Source: Longimicrobiales bacterium
Lineage (GTDB): Bacteria > Gemmatimonadota > Gemmatimonadetes > Longimicrobiales > Gaopeijiaceae
DNA length: 64,000 bases
Assembly (NCBI GenBank): GCA_965116905.1
Contig: OZ220732.1
Coordinates: 4,128,001-4,192,000, forward strand
Reading direction: 5' to 3'
Shown here: piece after piece, positions 40,713 to 50,675 of the stretch
Layout of the letters: the number at the start of each line of letters is the position of its first letter
How positions within the stretch are numbered: position 1 is the first letter of the stretch
The notes under the pieces: model-generated
The model's input: only the letters and a program-made list of their open reading frames with translations
What the model was told of the DNA's origin: nothing
The model's database searches: none
Position numbers and translations under genes: made by a program

Positions 40713-41956
40713 CCGTCCATTCGCGTGAACGTGTACGTCCCGATCGGCTCGTCCGAGAACGGACTGACGCCCTTGAGGCTGCTGATCGGCTGCTTGGGGG
40801 ACGAGTCGGCGTTCGCGGAGCGGTAGGACGCCCCGTCGTCGGTGCCGGAATCGTAGGGGTAGAGCACGACCTCCAGCTCGTCGACCCACTGCCCGAACTC
40901 GTCCTGCAGCGACTGGCCGGCCACGCCCACGAACCAGTCCGGACTGGGCGCGATCATCGTGACCAGCGTGACGAGGGGGTGGTCGAGGCTGACTTGAACG
41001 TTGCTGATGGTGGTGCTCGCCGGGCTGCCGATCCCGCGGCCGTTGATGACGGACAGCGCGTTGCCGGGGATGTGTGCGCGTATCTCCCGGGTCAGGTTGC
41101 TGGTCCCGCCGGTCTCGGCCATCTGCTCGATGCCGGGGCTGGCGATCTCGCCCGAAGCCCAGAAGCTGACACTGTCGTTGTGGACCGCCCCGATGAGCGG
41201 GGAGAAGTGCGGACCCGGCGGGAAGTCGGTGGGGTGCGTCGTCGCGCTCCAGGTGGCGTTGAAGACGATCCGGTAGACGGCGGTTTCCGATGGCGGGGGG
41301 ACTTCACCCGCGACGGCCCTGACCTCTGTGGAGACGTCGGCGGCCGCGGATGCCACAAGCGACTGAATCCCCGATACCTCGCCGAGCGTCCAGCGGGTGC
41401 TGGCCATTCCGGCCGGATCGGTAACGGCGGACGGCGGATCCGCGGCGCCGTTCCCCTCGGCGGCCGCAAAAGACACCGTGACATCCGCGACCGGCGAGCC
41501 GCCCGCGTCGTCGACGCGCACGACAACGGGTTCGGGCAGCGGGCGCCCCGCGAGGCCCTCCTGCGCACCTCCCGACGTCACCGCCACCGCCGCCGGCGCC
41601 TGCGCCACCGTGACCTGCGCCGTCGCGCTGAGCGCCTCGACGGTCGCCGTGAGCGTTCCCGACCCGTTCGCGACCGCGGTGACCTCGCCGACGAAGGACA
41701 CCGTGAAGACCCCGTCGTCGCTGGTGGACCAGGTGATGGGGGCGGCGAACGGGTCGCCGTACTGGTCGGTGACCGCCGCGGTGAACGAGGCCGTCTCTCC
41801 CAGCGAGGAAAGCGTCGCCGACTGGGGCGATATCGCGACCGCCGCCGCACGGGGCGGATCGCGAACCGGCTCGCTTCCGGACTCGCCGCACGAGGCGAGT
41901 GTGCACAGCGCCAGGGTCACCAACGTTGCGTGGCGCGTTGAATGGTAAATCTGCAT
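40709..41956 (-). CDS. Lipoprotein with Ig-like (Big_2) domains and a C-terminal Spondin_N domain
   Basis: Lipobox LASC; ITWSTSD...VTAVANG; ATWSATTHP, HFSPLIGAVH, AETG, MIAPSPDWFVG, YDSGTD. Confidence 0.85.
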   Translation of the reverse strand: MQIYHSTRHATLVTLALCTLASCGESGSEPVRDPPRAAAVAISPQSATLSSLGETASFTAAVTDQYGDPFAAPITWSTSDDGVFTVSFVGEVTAVANGSGTLTATVEALSATAQVTVAQAPAAVAVTSGGAQEGLAGRPLPEPVVVRVDDAGGSPVADVTVSFAAAEGNGAADPPSAVTDPAGMASTRWTLGEVSGIQSLVASAAADVSTEVRAVAGEVPPPSETAVYRIVFNATWSATTHPTDFPPGPHFSPLIGAVHNDSVSFWASGEIASPGIEQMAETGGTSNLTREIRAHIPGNALSVINGRGIGSPASTTISNVQVSLDHPLVTLVTMIAPSPDWFVGVAGQSLQDEFGQWVDELEVVLYPYDSGTDDGASYRSANADSSPKQPISSLKGVSPFSDEPIGTYTFTRMDG

Positions 41957-42134
41957 CGAATCCTGACTCCTGACCGTGGGACCGGCGGCAAAAGCTAGCG
42001 TGATTTCGAGCCCGGCGGCTACGGGCTCCCCTTGCGATACACGGAGCCGGCGGCGCGGATCCCGCTTGCCCTACCCGGCGGTTCATGGCATATGAGTGGG
42101 CGACGCCACGAGCACTCAAGCCCAGAGCACCGCC

Positions 42135-44282
42135 ATGTCCACCAGGTCCAGACCGTCCCGCCGCCGGCAGAGCCTCCTTTTTGCCACAGCCGCTGTCCTC
42201 GTCGCGGCCCTCGCCCTTTACGCCACCACCCGGCAACCCGCCCTGACCGGCTTCACCGGCGACCGCGCAGAGCAGCAACTGGCCTGCGAGGCCCGCTTTC
42301 TCGAACTGCCCCGCAGCGAGTCCTTCCGCGAGCATCTCCGCACGATCACCGCGGAGCCCCACCCGGCCGGGTCCGCCGCGCAGGCCCGCGTCGGGGATTA
42401 CATCGCGGGCGCCATGGAGCAGGCGGGCCTGGAGGTCACCGGTCATCCCTACGACGTGTACCTGCCCGAGCTCACCGACGACGTCGAGGTCCATATCGTC
42501 ACGCCCGTCGCGATGCAGCTCTCCAACCGCGAACCCGCGCTCGCCGAGGACCGCTTCTCCGGCCATCCCGGCCTGCTCAACGGCTGGAACGCCTTCTCCG
42601 GTTCGGACGACGTGACCGGGGAAGTCGTCTACGCCAACTTCGGGCGCCGCGAGGACTACCTTGCGCTGGACTCGATGGGCGTCGCCGTCGCCGGCAAGGT
42701 CGTGATCGCCCGCTACGGTGGGAATTTCCGCGGCTACAAGGTCAAGTTCGCCGAGGAGCGTGGCGCGGCGGGCGTGGTCATGTTCAACGACCCCGGATTC
42801 TCGCAACTCGACGCCTACCCGGAAGGCCCGATGATGAACGGGCAGACGATCCAGCGGGGTTCCGTTCTGACGCTCCCGTGGACCGGCGATCCGCTCACCC
42901 CCTTCATCCCCGCCCTGCCCATCGACGGGGACGTACAGGTCGAGCGCCTCGATCCGTCCGAAGTCCCCCTCCACACCATCCCCGTGCTCCCCATCGGCTA
43001 CGAGGCGGCAAGCGAGATCCTGTCGCGCATGACCGGCAGGGAAGTTCCGCCCGGATGGGACACCGGCATGGAGCTGGACCACCGTCTGACCGGCGGCCCG
43101 GACCTTACCGTGCGCGTGCGCGTCAACCAGCCCAAGAAACTCACGCGCGCGACCAACGTGGTCGGCACCCTGCGCGGCACCGAGTTCCCGGACGAGTGGT
43201 TCATCCTGGGCGCGCACTACGACCCCTGGGGATTCGGCGCGATCGACCCCAACGGCGGCACGGCCATGCTCCTCACCCTTGCCGAAGCGCTCGGCGAACT
43301 GGCCCGGGACGGTGCGTGCGCTCCCCGCCGGTCGATCATGATCGCCCACTGGGACGCCGAGGAATACGGGATCATCGGGTCCACCGAGTGGGTGGAGGAG
43401 TTCCGGGACGAGCTGGAAGCCAACGCAATCGCCTACATCAACGCCGACGCGGCGGTCTCCGGGGCCAATTTCGGGGGGTCGTCGTCTCCGTCGCTCAAGG
43501 GGCAGATCCTCGAGGCGACCAGGGCGGTCACGTACCCGGAAACCGAGCAGTCGCTCTACGACTGGTGGTTTGAGCGGGCACCGGCCGATGCCGACGAGCC
43601 GGCGCTGGGCAACCTCGGCGGGGGATCGGACCACGTCGCCTTCTACACCCACGCCGGCGTACCCTCGGCGGGCCTCTCCACAGGCAATCCCAGCGGCGTC
43701 TACCACTCGAACTACGACAATTTCGCCTGGTACGAGCGCTTCGGAGACAGCACCTTCGTCTTCGGGCCGATGGTCGCCCGCGTCGACGGGATCATTGCGC
43801 TGCGCTTCGCCAACGCCGATGTGCTGCCCTACGACGCCGCGCGCTACGCCACCGACACCCGCACGCACGTGGAAACCCTGTACCGCATCGCCGAGTCGCG
43901 CCGACTCGACGTGGATCTCTCGGCCCTGGTGGAGGCGAGCCGGGAACTGGACGGGGCGGCCGCCAAGTTGGTGGCGGCCCGCGACCGCTGGATCCGGTCC
44001 GGTAATATCGACTCCGAGGCCGCCGAGGCCGTGAACCGTGCACTCATCGGGCTGGAGAAGGCGTGGCTGAACGACCGCGGGCTGCAGGGACGCCCGTGGA
44101 GCCGCTCCATCTACGTGTCACCGGATCCGTTCAGCGGCTACGCGTCGTGGATGCTGCCGGGCCTGCGCTACGAGATCGAGACCGACGACCGGGCGGACCT
44201 TCCGGGCTGGGAGCGCGTCTATGTGAACGCGATCGGGGACCTGGCACAGCGGATGCGTGGCGTGGCGGAGATGATGCGGTAG
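42135..44282 (+). CDS. Peptidase M28 glutamate carboxypeptidase II-like (PA and TfR-dimer domains)
   Basis: PHPAGS, VYANFG, IQRGSV, GAHYDPW, DPNGG, WDAEEYG, GSDH, YHSNYD. Confidence 0.9.
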   Translation: MSTRSRPSRRRQSLLFATAAVLVAALALYATTRQPALTGFTGDRAEQQLACEARFLELPRSESFREHLRTITAEPHPAGSAAQARVGDYIAGAMEQAGLEVTGHPYDVYLPELTDDVEVHIVTPVAMQLSNREPALAEDRFSGHPGLLNGWNAFSGSDDVTGEVVYANFGRREDYLALDSMGVAVAGKVVIARYGGNFRGYKVKFAEERGAAGVVMFNDPGFSQLDAYPEGPMMNGQTIQRGSVLTLPWTGDPLTPFIPALPIDGDVQVERLDPSEVPLHTIPVLPIGYEAASEILSRMTGREVPPGWDTGMELDHRLTGGPDLTVRVRVNQPKKLTRATNVVGTLRGTEFPDEWFILGAHYDPWGFGAIDPNGGTAMLLTLAEALGELARDGACAPRRSIMIAHWDAEEYGIIGSTEWVEEFRDELEANAIAYINADAAVSGANFGGSSSPSLKGQILEATRAVTYPETEQSLYDWWFERAPADADEPALGNLGGGSDHVAFYTHAGVPSAGLSTGNPSGVYHSNYDNFAWYERFGDSTFVFGPMVARVDGIIALRFANADVLPYDAARYATDTRTHVETLYRIAESRRLDVDLSALVEASRELDGAAAKLVAARDRWIRSGNIDSEAAEAVNRALIGLEKAWLNDRGLQGRPWSRSIYVSPDPFSGYASWMLPGLRYEIETDDRADLPGWERVYVNAIGDLAQRMRGVAEMMR

Positions 44283-44289
44283 GACGGGA

Positions 44290-44772
44290 TCATGTGAACA
44301 GCCGTTCGTCCCACCACACCGGCTCTTCGGGACCGGGTGCGAGTCGTGAGAACTCCGGGTGATTCGCATTGATGATGATGTTCCGCTCCAGCCGAACGAC
44401 GACGGAAGGGACGATCAGGACAAGGCTCCGCCCTTCGGCGTACCATTGGTGGCCAAACCTCCGGGCCGACGGGCTGTCCGGAAGCTGCCAGCCTGGCAGC
44501 GTATCGGTATCCGCGATTTCGCAGCTCGTACCCGCAGGGATCTCGGTCCTGACAAAATGCTGGTTTCCGGGCGGAGGACCGTTCCATCGGACCAGCGTCT
44601 CGAGCATTGCCGTGGAGTAGCGCTCCGAGGCGTAGATGACCTCGTCGCCCACATCGTGCCAGCGTCCGGAGACCCGTCTGGCACCTTCGGGACTGAAGAC
44701 GGGCCACCGGCCCTGCGAGTCACCGATTCGATAGGCAGTGAGCGACTCCGTGAGGCGATGTCGAACGGTCAA
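44290..44772 (-). CDS. RES-domain toxin (NAD+ phosphorylase family)
   Basis: AYRIG, GARRVSGRWH, IYASE, AMLE, VPSVV, ERNIIIN, WDERLF. Confidence 0.9.
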   Translation of the reverse strand: MTVRHRLTESLTAYRIGDSQGRWPVFSPEGARRVSGRWHDVGDEVIYASERYSTAMLETLVRWNGPPPGNQHFVRTEIPAGTSCEIADTDTLPGWQLPDSPSARRFGHQWYAEGRSLVLIVPSVVVRLERNIIINANHPEFSRLAPGPEEPVWWDERLFT

Positions 44773-45236
44773 ACGGCGACGCCGGCCTCGGCCCGCCAGA
44801 CCAGATTCAGCACGGCGTCCGCACCGGGCGAAGACGCGAGTGCCAGTTCCAGGGGTGATTCGCCACCCAGCAGTGGATGGGGGCGAAAGAGGAAGTCGTG
44901 GATCCTGGGCACGTCCCCGTGAAATGCCGTTCCGATCGCATCAAGCACCCGCGCCAGGTCGTAAAGCCGCTCGCTGTGGGACCGGGACAGGGTCCGACCG
45001 CTTTTCCTGCGCCGATGAAGCGTGGCCTCGGAAGCGACCTTCCCCTCGATGCGGGCGCGCCCGACAAGTTCTCCAAGTGCATTCACGGCACTGACCGGCA
45101 ACCCCTCGGCGACCATTCCTGCAAACGCCAGCTCGTCGAGCTGTTCCGATTCGTCCAGATCCAGAAGCCGGGCAAGCCTGCGGGCGGAAGTCGCAGGCAG
45201 GCGGCCCGGTTCAGCGTAGGCGGCAAGGGCGTTCAA
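44769..45236 (-). CDS. Xre/MbcA/ParS antitoxin
   Basis: GLP, TLHRRRK..LS..SERL, PHPLLGGESPLELA; RBS ggag before TTG; overlaps the RES gene. Confidence 0.88.
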   Translation of the reverse strand: MNALAAYAEPGRLPATSARRLARLLDLDESEQLDELAFAGMVAEGLPVSAVNALGELVGRARIEGKVASEATLHRRRKSGRTLSRSHSERLYDLARVLDAIGTAFHGDVPRIHDFLFRPHPLLGGESPLELALASSPGADAVLNLVWRAEAGVAV

Positions 45237-45251
45237 TTCGCGCTCCGATCT

Positions 45252-45294
45252 TTCATATGACTAGCAAAATACCAGTCATTTGACAATCATGCAA
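45252..45294 (-). promoter_or_regulatory. Promoter/operator of the Xre-RES operon
   Basis: TTGCAT-17-TATTTT on the minus strand; palindromes GTCATTTGAC (45275-45284) and TTCATATGAC (45252-45261). Confidence 0.6.
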
Positions 45295-45329
45295 CCTGCG
45301 CACCGCCCGCCTGCGGCGCCGGCTCCGAG

Positions 45330-45714
45330 TCTGAGCGCGAGTGCTTTGTCTTCGTCGTCCTGCCGGACACGACCGACTTCGTGGTCGCCGGCCGCTTCCG
45401 GGTGTCGGCAACATCCGATGGCGTCCCCGTGGGCGAGTTCGTCTATGGGCGCAGCTACCTGAGCCGTGGCATCGCGGCGGGATCTGGCCATGACCTGCGG
45501 TCCCGACGGCCGCTGGGCCAACCGGGCCAACCTGCTCGGCGCCGCGGGCCGCTTCCTCCTGGATCGCGCTCAGGCCACGGCCGTCTTCGACCGGATCACC
45601 ACGACCATGCGGTCCTCCTGGCGGTCGGTCATGCGCGACGCCGGCGTCAGCGAACGGGACTGCGACCGGGTCCGCCACGCCATCCTCTACGACGGACTCT
45701 TCCACGAGGCGTGA
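45330..45714 (+). pseudogene. hipA-family toxin remnant with the kinase core deleted
   Basis: N-terminal SERECFVFVVLPDTTDFVVAGRF...FVYGRSYL (no start codon) joined out of frame to C-terminal RRDLAMTCGPDGRWANRANLL...GVSERDC. Confidence 0.65.
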
Positions 45715-45786
45715 CATAGCGGCGAGCCGAGAGCGCCCCTACACTACCACTCCGGATCCGCTTGTCCCCCACCCGAGAGGTCTCCC

Positions 45787-48606
45787 ATGTCCGGCACCCG
45801 CGCCGCCATCGCCCTCACGATCCTCGTTGCGACCGCGCTCATGCCCCGCGCCGTGGTCGCCCAGGAGGATGAACGTCTGGTGAACCGGAGCGACGACCCC
45901 ATCCTGCGGGCGTTCTCGTGGCGTTCGGTGGGTCCCTTCGGCCAGGGGGGGAGGGTAGACGACCTCGCGGTGCACCCCGGCGACCCGCACACGTACTACG
46001 TCGGCTTCGCGACGGGCGGACTCTGGAAGACCACGAACAACGGCACCACCTTCGAATCCATCTTCGACAGCTACGGCACGCACTCGGTCGGAGACCTCGC
46101 AATTGCGCCGTCTGACCCCGATATCGTCTGGGTGGGCACGGGCGAGCCGAACAACCGGCAGAGTTCGTCGTTCGGCGACGGGATCTACAAGTCCACCGAC
46201 GGCGGCGACACCTTCACGCACATGGGCTTGCGCGAGACACAGACGATTTCGCGCGTGATCGTACACCCCGAGAACGCCGACGTGGTCTGGGTCGCGGCGA
46301 ACGGTCATCTCTTTGGGGCCAACCCCGAACGCGGCGTCTACAAGACCACCGACGGCGGCCGCACATGGACCCTGACGCTCGGCGTGGACGACGACACCGG
46401 CGCGACGGACCTCGTCCTCAATCCCTCCAACCCCAACACACTCTTCGCGGCCACCTACCAGCGGCGCCGGACCGCGTGCTGCTTCGTCGGCGGAGGACCC
46501 GGCAGCGGCATCTGGCGCTCGGACGACGGCGGCGACACCTGGACCCGGCTCAGGGGCAACGGGTTGCCGCGGGGGACCATGGGGCGCGTGGCGCTGGCGG
46601 TGACCCCCGCCGATCCGGACGTCGTGTACGCCCAGATCGAGGTCGCGGCGGACAGGGAGGAACCTCTGACAGCGGATGAACGGCGCGAACTCGAGAGCCT
46701 CGCCGAGCAGGACGAGCCGCTCCCCCTGGACCCCGAATACAACGGCATCTGGCGGTCGACGGACGGGGGCGCCAACTGGGAGTTCCGCAGCAACGAAAAC
46801 GGGCGGCCCATGTACTTCAGCCAGATCCGCGTGGACCCGAACGATCCGGACCTTGTGTACGTGGTCGATCAGCGCGTCCACAAGTCGAGGGACGGCGCAA
46901 GAACGTTCGAGGTGCTGAGCGGCTACGGGCACGTGGACCAGCACGCGCTCTGGATCAATCCCGCGGACAGCGACCACATCATCCTCGGCAACGACGGGGC
47001 GATCGACGTCAGCTACGACCAGGGCGAGACGTGGGAGGCGTTCCGGCGCTGGGCGGTGGGGCAGCCCTATCACGCCTCGGTGGACATGCGGCGCCCCTAC
47101 TACGTGTGCACGGGACTGCAGGACAACGGCAGCTGGTGCGGGCCGAGCGCCGTGCGAACCGGCGACATCCTGAGCGAGGACTGGTACCGCGTCGGCGGCG
47201 GGGACGGCTTCTACACCGCCGTGGACCCGACCGACCACACGGTCGTCTACTCGGAGTCGCAGAACGGCAACCTCCGGCGGCTCAGCCTGGCGACCGGCGA
47301 ACAGGTCAGCATCAGGCCGCGTGCACCGACCGACAACAACTCGCGCACGAACATCGTGCCGGTGCCGGAGATGAACACCGAGATCCGCTGGAACTGGAAT
47401 ACGCCCCTCGTGTTGTCGCCGCACAACCCCGATGTCGTGTACGCGGGCGGGAACCGTCTGTTCCGGTCGTTGGACCGCGGCGAGACGTGGACGATGAGCC
47501 CGGATCTGACGCGGAACGTTGACCGCGACAGGGTAGAGATCATGGGCTACGCGAACGCACTGGGCCGTTGCAACCGGCTGGATCGGGGCCGGCAGTGCAT
47601 TCTGTCGCGGAATGATGGCGTGAGCCGCTTCAGCACGATCGTGTCGCTGGCTGAGTCCCCCCTGGTGCCGGGGCTGCTGTGGGTCGGCACGGACGACGGG
47701 AACATCCAGGTCAGCCAGGACGGCGGGGCGACGTGGAGCGAGGTGGGCCGCAACATCCGGGGCGGGACGATGGGCTACTACATCTCGCGCGTCGAGGCGT
47801 CGCACTTCGACGCGGCGACCGCATATGTCTCGGTCGACGGTCACAAGAGCGACGACCTGAGGCCCTACGTGTACGTGACCCGCGACTACGGCCAGAACTG
47901 GACCAACATCACCTCGAACCTGCCCGAATACGGCAACGTGAACACGGTCCGGCAGGATCCGGTGAATGAGCGCCTGCTCTATGCGGGCACCGAGTTCGGG
48001 TTCTTCGTGTCGCTCGACGAAGGCGGCACGTGGCGGCCGTTCATGAGCGGCCTGCCGGTCGTGCGCGTCGACGACGTGGTGGTGCATCCGCGCGACAGCG
48101 ACCTCGTGCTCGCAACGCACGGGCGCAGCGTGATGATCATGGACGACGTGACGTCGCTCCAGCAGCTCACCGACGAGGTGATGGCGGCGGACATGTTCCT
48201 GTTCGAGCCCCGGGAGGCCGTCCAGTGGAAGCAGGACCGCCGGCTGTCACGCTCGGTGACGGGCGACAAGGTGCTCCGCGGCGACAACGCCGCGCCGGGC
48301 GTGGCGATTCAGTACTGGCTGCGCGAGGCGTCCGGTGACGTGCAACTCACCGTGACCGACGTTGCGACGGGCGAGCTCTTCCGCGATCTCACCCCGATCG
48401 GGAACTCGGGGATCAACCGCGTGCAGTGGAATCTGCGCGGGAATCGCCGCGAGCGGCCCGGTGGGGGCGGCCCGTTCCGCCAGTTCGGCGGCGGCCAGGG
48501 GCCGATGGCCCAGCCGGGGCTGTACCGGGTCACGCTGACGGTGGACGGACTCGAGACATCGCGCGTGGTGACGGTGCTGGAGGATGTCTGGATGGAGGTG
48601 CGGTAG
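45787..48606 (+). CDS. Secreted BNR/sortilin(VPS10)-like beta-propeller protein (putative glycosyl hydrolase)
   Basis: WRSVGP..GGR, repeated KSTDGGxTW Asp-boxes, HVDQHALWINP, GLQDNG, ATHGR. Confidence 0.88.
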   Translation: MSGTRAAIALTILVATALMPRAVVAQEDERLVNRSDDPILRAFSWRSVGPFGQGGRVDDLAVHPGDPHTYYVGFATGGLWKTTNNGTTFESIFDSYGTHSVGDLAIAPSDPDIVWVGTGEPNNRQSSSFGDGIYKSTDGGDTFTHMGLRETQTISRVIVHPENADVVWVAANGHLFGANPERGVYKTTDGGRTWTLTLGVDDDTGATDLVLNPSNPNTLFAATYQRRRTACCFVGGGPGSGIWRSDDGGDTWTRLRGNGLPRGTMGRVALAVTPADPDVVYAQIEVAADREEPLTADERRELESLAEQDEPLPLDPEYNGIWRSTDGGANWEFRSNENGRPMYFSQIRVDPNDPDLVYVVDQRVHKSRDGARTFEVLSGYGHVDQHALWINPADSDHIILGNDGAIDVSYDQGETWEAFRRWAVGQPYHASVDMRRPYYVCTGLQDNGSWCGPSAVRTGDILSEDWYRVGGGDGFYTAVDPTDHTVVYSESQNGNLRRLSLATGEQVSIRPRAPTDNNSRTNIVPVPEMNTEIRWNWNTPLVLSPHNPDVVYAGGNRLFRSLDRGETWTMSPDLTRNVDRDRVEIMGYANALGRCNRLDRGRQCILSRNDGVSRFSTIVSLAESPLVPGLLWVGTDDGNIQVSQDGGATWSEVGRNIRGGTMGYYISRVEASHFDAATAYVSVDGHKSDDLRPYVYVTRDYGQNWTNITSNLPEYGNVNTVRQDPVNERLLYAGTEFGFFVSLDEGGTWRPFMSGLPVVRVDDVVVHPRDSDLVLATHGRSVMIMDDVTSLQQLTDEVMAADMFLFEPREAVQWKQDRRLSRSVTGDKVLRGDNAAPGVAIQYWLREASGDVQLTVTDVATGELFRDLTPIGNSGINRVQWNLRGNRRERPGGGGPFRQFGGGQGPMAQPGLYRVTLTVDGLETSRVVTVLEDVWMEVR

Positions 48607-49141
48607 GCGGAGGCGGAATGCCAGGGCTGACTATGTCCTTCTTCAACAGGAAGAGGTATTCGCCGCCCAACCGGTATTCGCTCGCGAAACAGTCCCCGCG
48701 CTGTCCCGCCGGGCGTACCACCCGGTACGGCACCGGGTCCTCGTTGAAGTCGTCCCCGTCCACCAGGTCTCCCTGCAGCCAGAACTCTCGATTGGGGAAG
48801 GGACCGCGCAGGATCTCGGTCGGACGGAAGCGGATCCAGCCACGATACTCGTAGGGCAGTGCCGCGATCGAGTCGACCGCGACCGCGCGCACCACGGCAT
48901 CGGTCTGGCTCACGAACTGACGGATCTGTCCTTCCGTGTAGCGGTAGCCGTCCTGATACCGAAGCACGACGACGCTGCATCGGCGCTCGACGGGCTCGAC
49001 AGCCGCACCCGAGACGGACATCGGCAGCAGGGACTCGCTGCCGCCGGATAAACGAACCTGCGCGGAGAGCGGGGTGGCTGCCACCGCCACGGCGGCGATG
49101 GCGACCACCCCTGCACTCAGGTGTCTAGGGCTCCCGCTCAC
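48530..49141 (-). CDS. Hypothetical secreted protein, 3' end possibly truncated or read-through
   Basis: Signal peptide; protein-like to EYLFLLKK, then a Pro-rich tail overlapping the convergent gene by 77 bp. Confidence 0.55.
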   Translation of the reverse strand: MSGSPRHLSAGVVAIAAVAVAATPLSAQVRLSGGSESLLPMSVSGAAVEPVERRCSVVVLRYQDGYRYTEGQIRQFVSQTDAVVRAVAVDSIAALPYEYRGWIRFRPTEILRGPFPNREFWLQGDLVDGDDFNEDPVPYRVVRPAGQRGDCFASEYRLGGEYLFLLKKDIVSPGIPPPPTAPPSRHPPAPSPRAMSRVRPPSA

Positions 49142-50330
49142 CCCGCCGCTCCGGTGCGGCGCTCGCGGTGTCTCCGCTATTGTCCCGGAGGACCGTGATC
49201 GAGGCTCGGCCGATGTAGTTGCCGCCCGCGCGGGTGGCCCGGACCTGAATGGTCCCTGACCCCGTTCCGGTCGCGGTCACGAGACCATTGCTGTCCACCG
49301 TCACCACGTGCGGGTGGCGGGCGGTCCAGATGTAGTCGGTGTCCTCGACTTCGTTGCCGTTGGCGTCACGCGCCACCGCGGTCAGCCGGATGGTGTCTCC
49401 GACGACCTCCAGGGTGTCCACTTCCGGCGTGACATCGACGCCGACTGCCAGTTGCGCCACGCTGATCGACGCCGAGTCGGCCAGCGCTCCTGTCTCTGCA
49501 TAGATATTCGTGCTTCCGGTACGCACCGACGTAACCAGCCCGGACATGTCGACGGTTGCAATCCCGCTGTTTTCCGAAGCCCAGGTGACGCTGATGCCGG
49601 GAACCGCATTTCCGTTGGCATCGAGAACTTCGGCCGACAGACGCACTGTGTCGCCGACCGAGAACATCGTGTGGGCGGATGGCGACACGTCCAGTGCGAC
49701 GGCCTCCACGGTCACCATCAAATCCGCCGTGGCGCGAACCCCTCCGGCCCCGGCCGCAATCTCCGCGCTTCCAATGCCCGTGGAGGTGGCCAGGCCGGTC
49801 GCGTCCACGGTCGCGACGGAGGTGTTGGACGAACTCCACGTGAAGCTGGCGTCGGCAACCGCGTGTCCGTTGGCGTCGAAGGCCTCGGCCGTGAACTGCA
49901 CCGTCTGACCGATCGAACTGAGCGACGCGGTGCCGGGCGAGACATCGATCCGGACCGGCTGCTGCGCAACGGTCACGTTGGCGCTCCCGGAGGCACTGCC
50001 GGAGGTCGCCGTGATCGACGCGGGTCCGTTCGCGACCGCTGTCACGGTCCCGTTGGAACCCACACTGGCAACCGCAGGGTCACTGCTTCCCCATGTCACC
50101 GATACGCCCGCCATGGGCTGCCCACGCTGGTCCAGCACGGTAGCGGTCAGCTGCACCGTCGCCCCGATCGATGCCAACTGGGCAGTCGCGGGGGTGACGT
50201 TGATGGTCGTGGCGACCGGAGGGTCGACCGGGTCCGTTGGTGTTGGCCCAGGTTCGTCGCCGCCGCACGCGGCGTTGAAGATCAGCACGGTGACGGCAAG
50301 TGCGCCGGTCCACGGCTCTAGTCTACGCAT
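49125..50330 (-). CDS. Lipoprotein with four tandem Ig-like (Big_2) domains
   Basis: Lipobox NAAC; four repeats of T(V/I)xLxA..D.NG...TWxS...VATVD..GLVT. Confidence 0.88.
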   Translation of the reverse strand: MRRLEPWTGALAVTVLIFNAACGGDEPGPTPTDPVDPPVATTINVTPATAQLASIGATVQLTATVLDQRGQPMAGVSVTWGSSDPAVASVGSNGTVTAVANGPASITATSGSASGSANVTVAQQPVRIDVSPGTASLSSIGQTVQFTAEAFDANGHAVADASFTWSSSNTSVATVDATGLATSTGIGSAEIAAGAGGVRATADLMVTVEAVALDVSPSAHTMFSVGDTVRLSAEVLDANGNAVPGISVTWASENSGIATVDMSGLVTSVRTGSTNIYAETGALADSASISVAQLAVGVDVTPEVDTLEVVGDTIRLTAVARDANGNEVEDTDYIWTARHPHVVTVDSNGLVTATGTGSGTIQVRATRAGGNYIGRASITVLRDNSGDTASAAPERRGEREP

Positions 50331-50638
50331 GCCCTTATCCCCCTGGTGATGAGACGTCACGGGGTTCGCAGGTTGCGCCCCTTTATTATAACCCCCACGC
50401 CCAGACGTGTGCCCCCTCCAGTTGTGCCGGTGATCGGCAGGAGAGTCCGGGCCGTCGATTTCGGGGGTTCCCGATGGAGCCGGGGGATCGTGTCACCTCC
50501 GCGGGTGGCAAGCGCGTGAGCGTCGGCGCGATGTAGCTGACGGTCCTGGCGGGCGGGCGCCAAGGCTCGCGGCAGCGGGCAGGCCACCCCTGGTTGGCGG
50601 GCGGCGTCGAGTGGGCAGACTGGGGGCGCCCATAGGAG

Positions 50639-50675
50639 CATGCCGGTGTCCCGGGATTTGCCGCGGAAACGTGGG
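50639..50675. repeat. Left inverted repeat flanking the DUF222-HNH gene
   Basis: catgccggtgtcccgggatttgccgcggaaacgtggg; 34/37 identical to the reverse complement of 52538-52574. Confidence 0.85.

Noticed and set aside
45233..45256. Mini-ORF MKDRSAN* as evidence of a frameshift in the Xre antitoxin
   Set aside because: TTG 45236 has its own GGAG RBS and gives a full-length antitoxin; the ATG lies within the operator palindrome.
50352..50378. Third ECF-like promoter upstream of the Big_2 gene
   Set aside because: Spacing between GCAACC and CGTC is shorter than in the other candidates; too weak to call.
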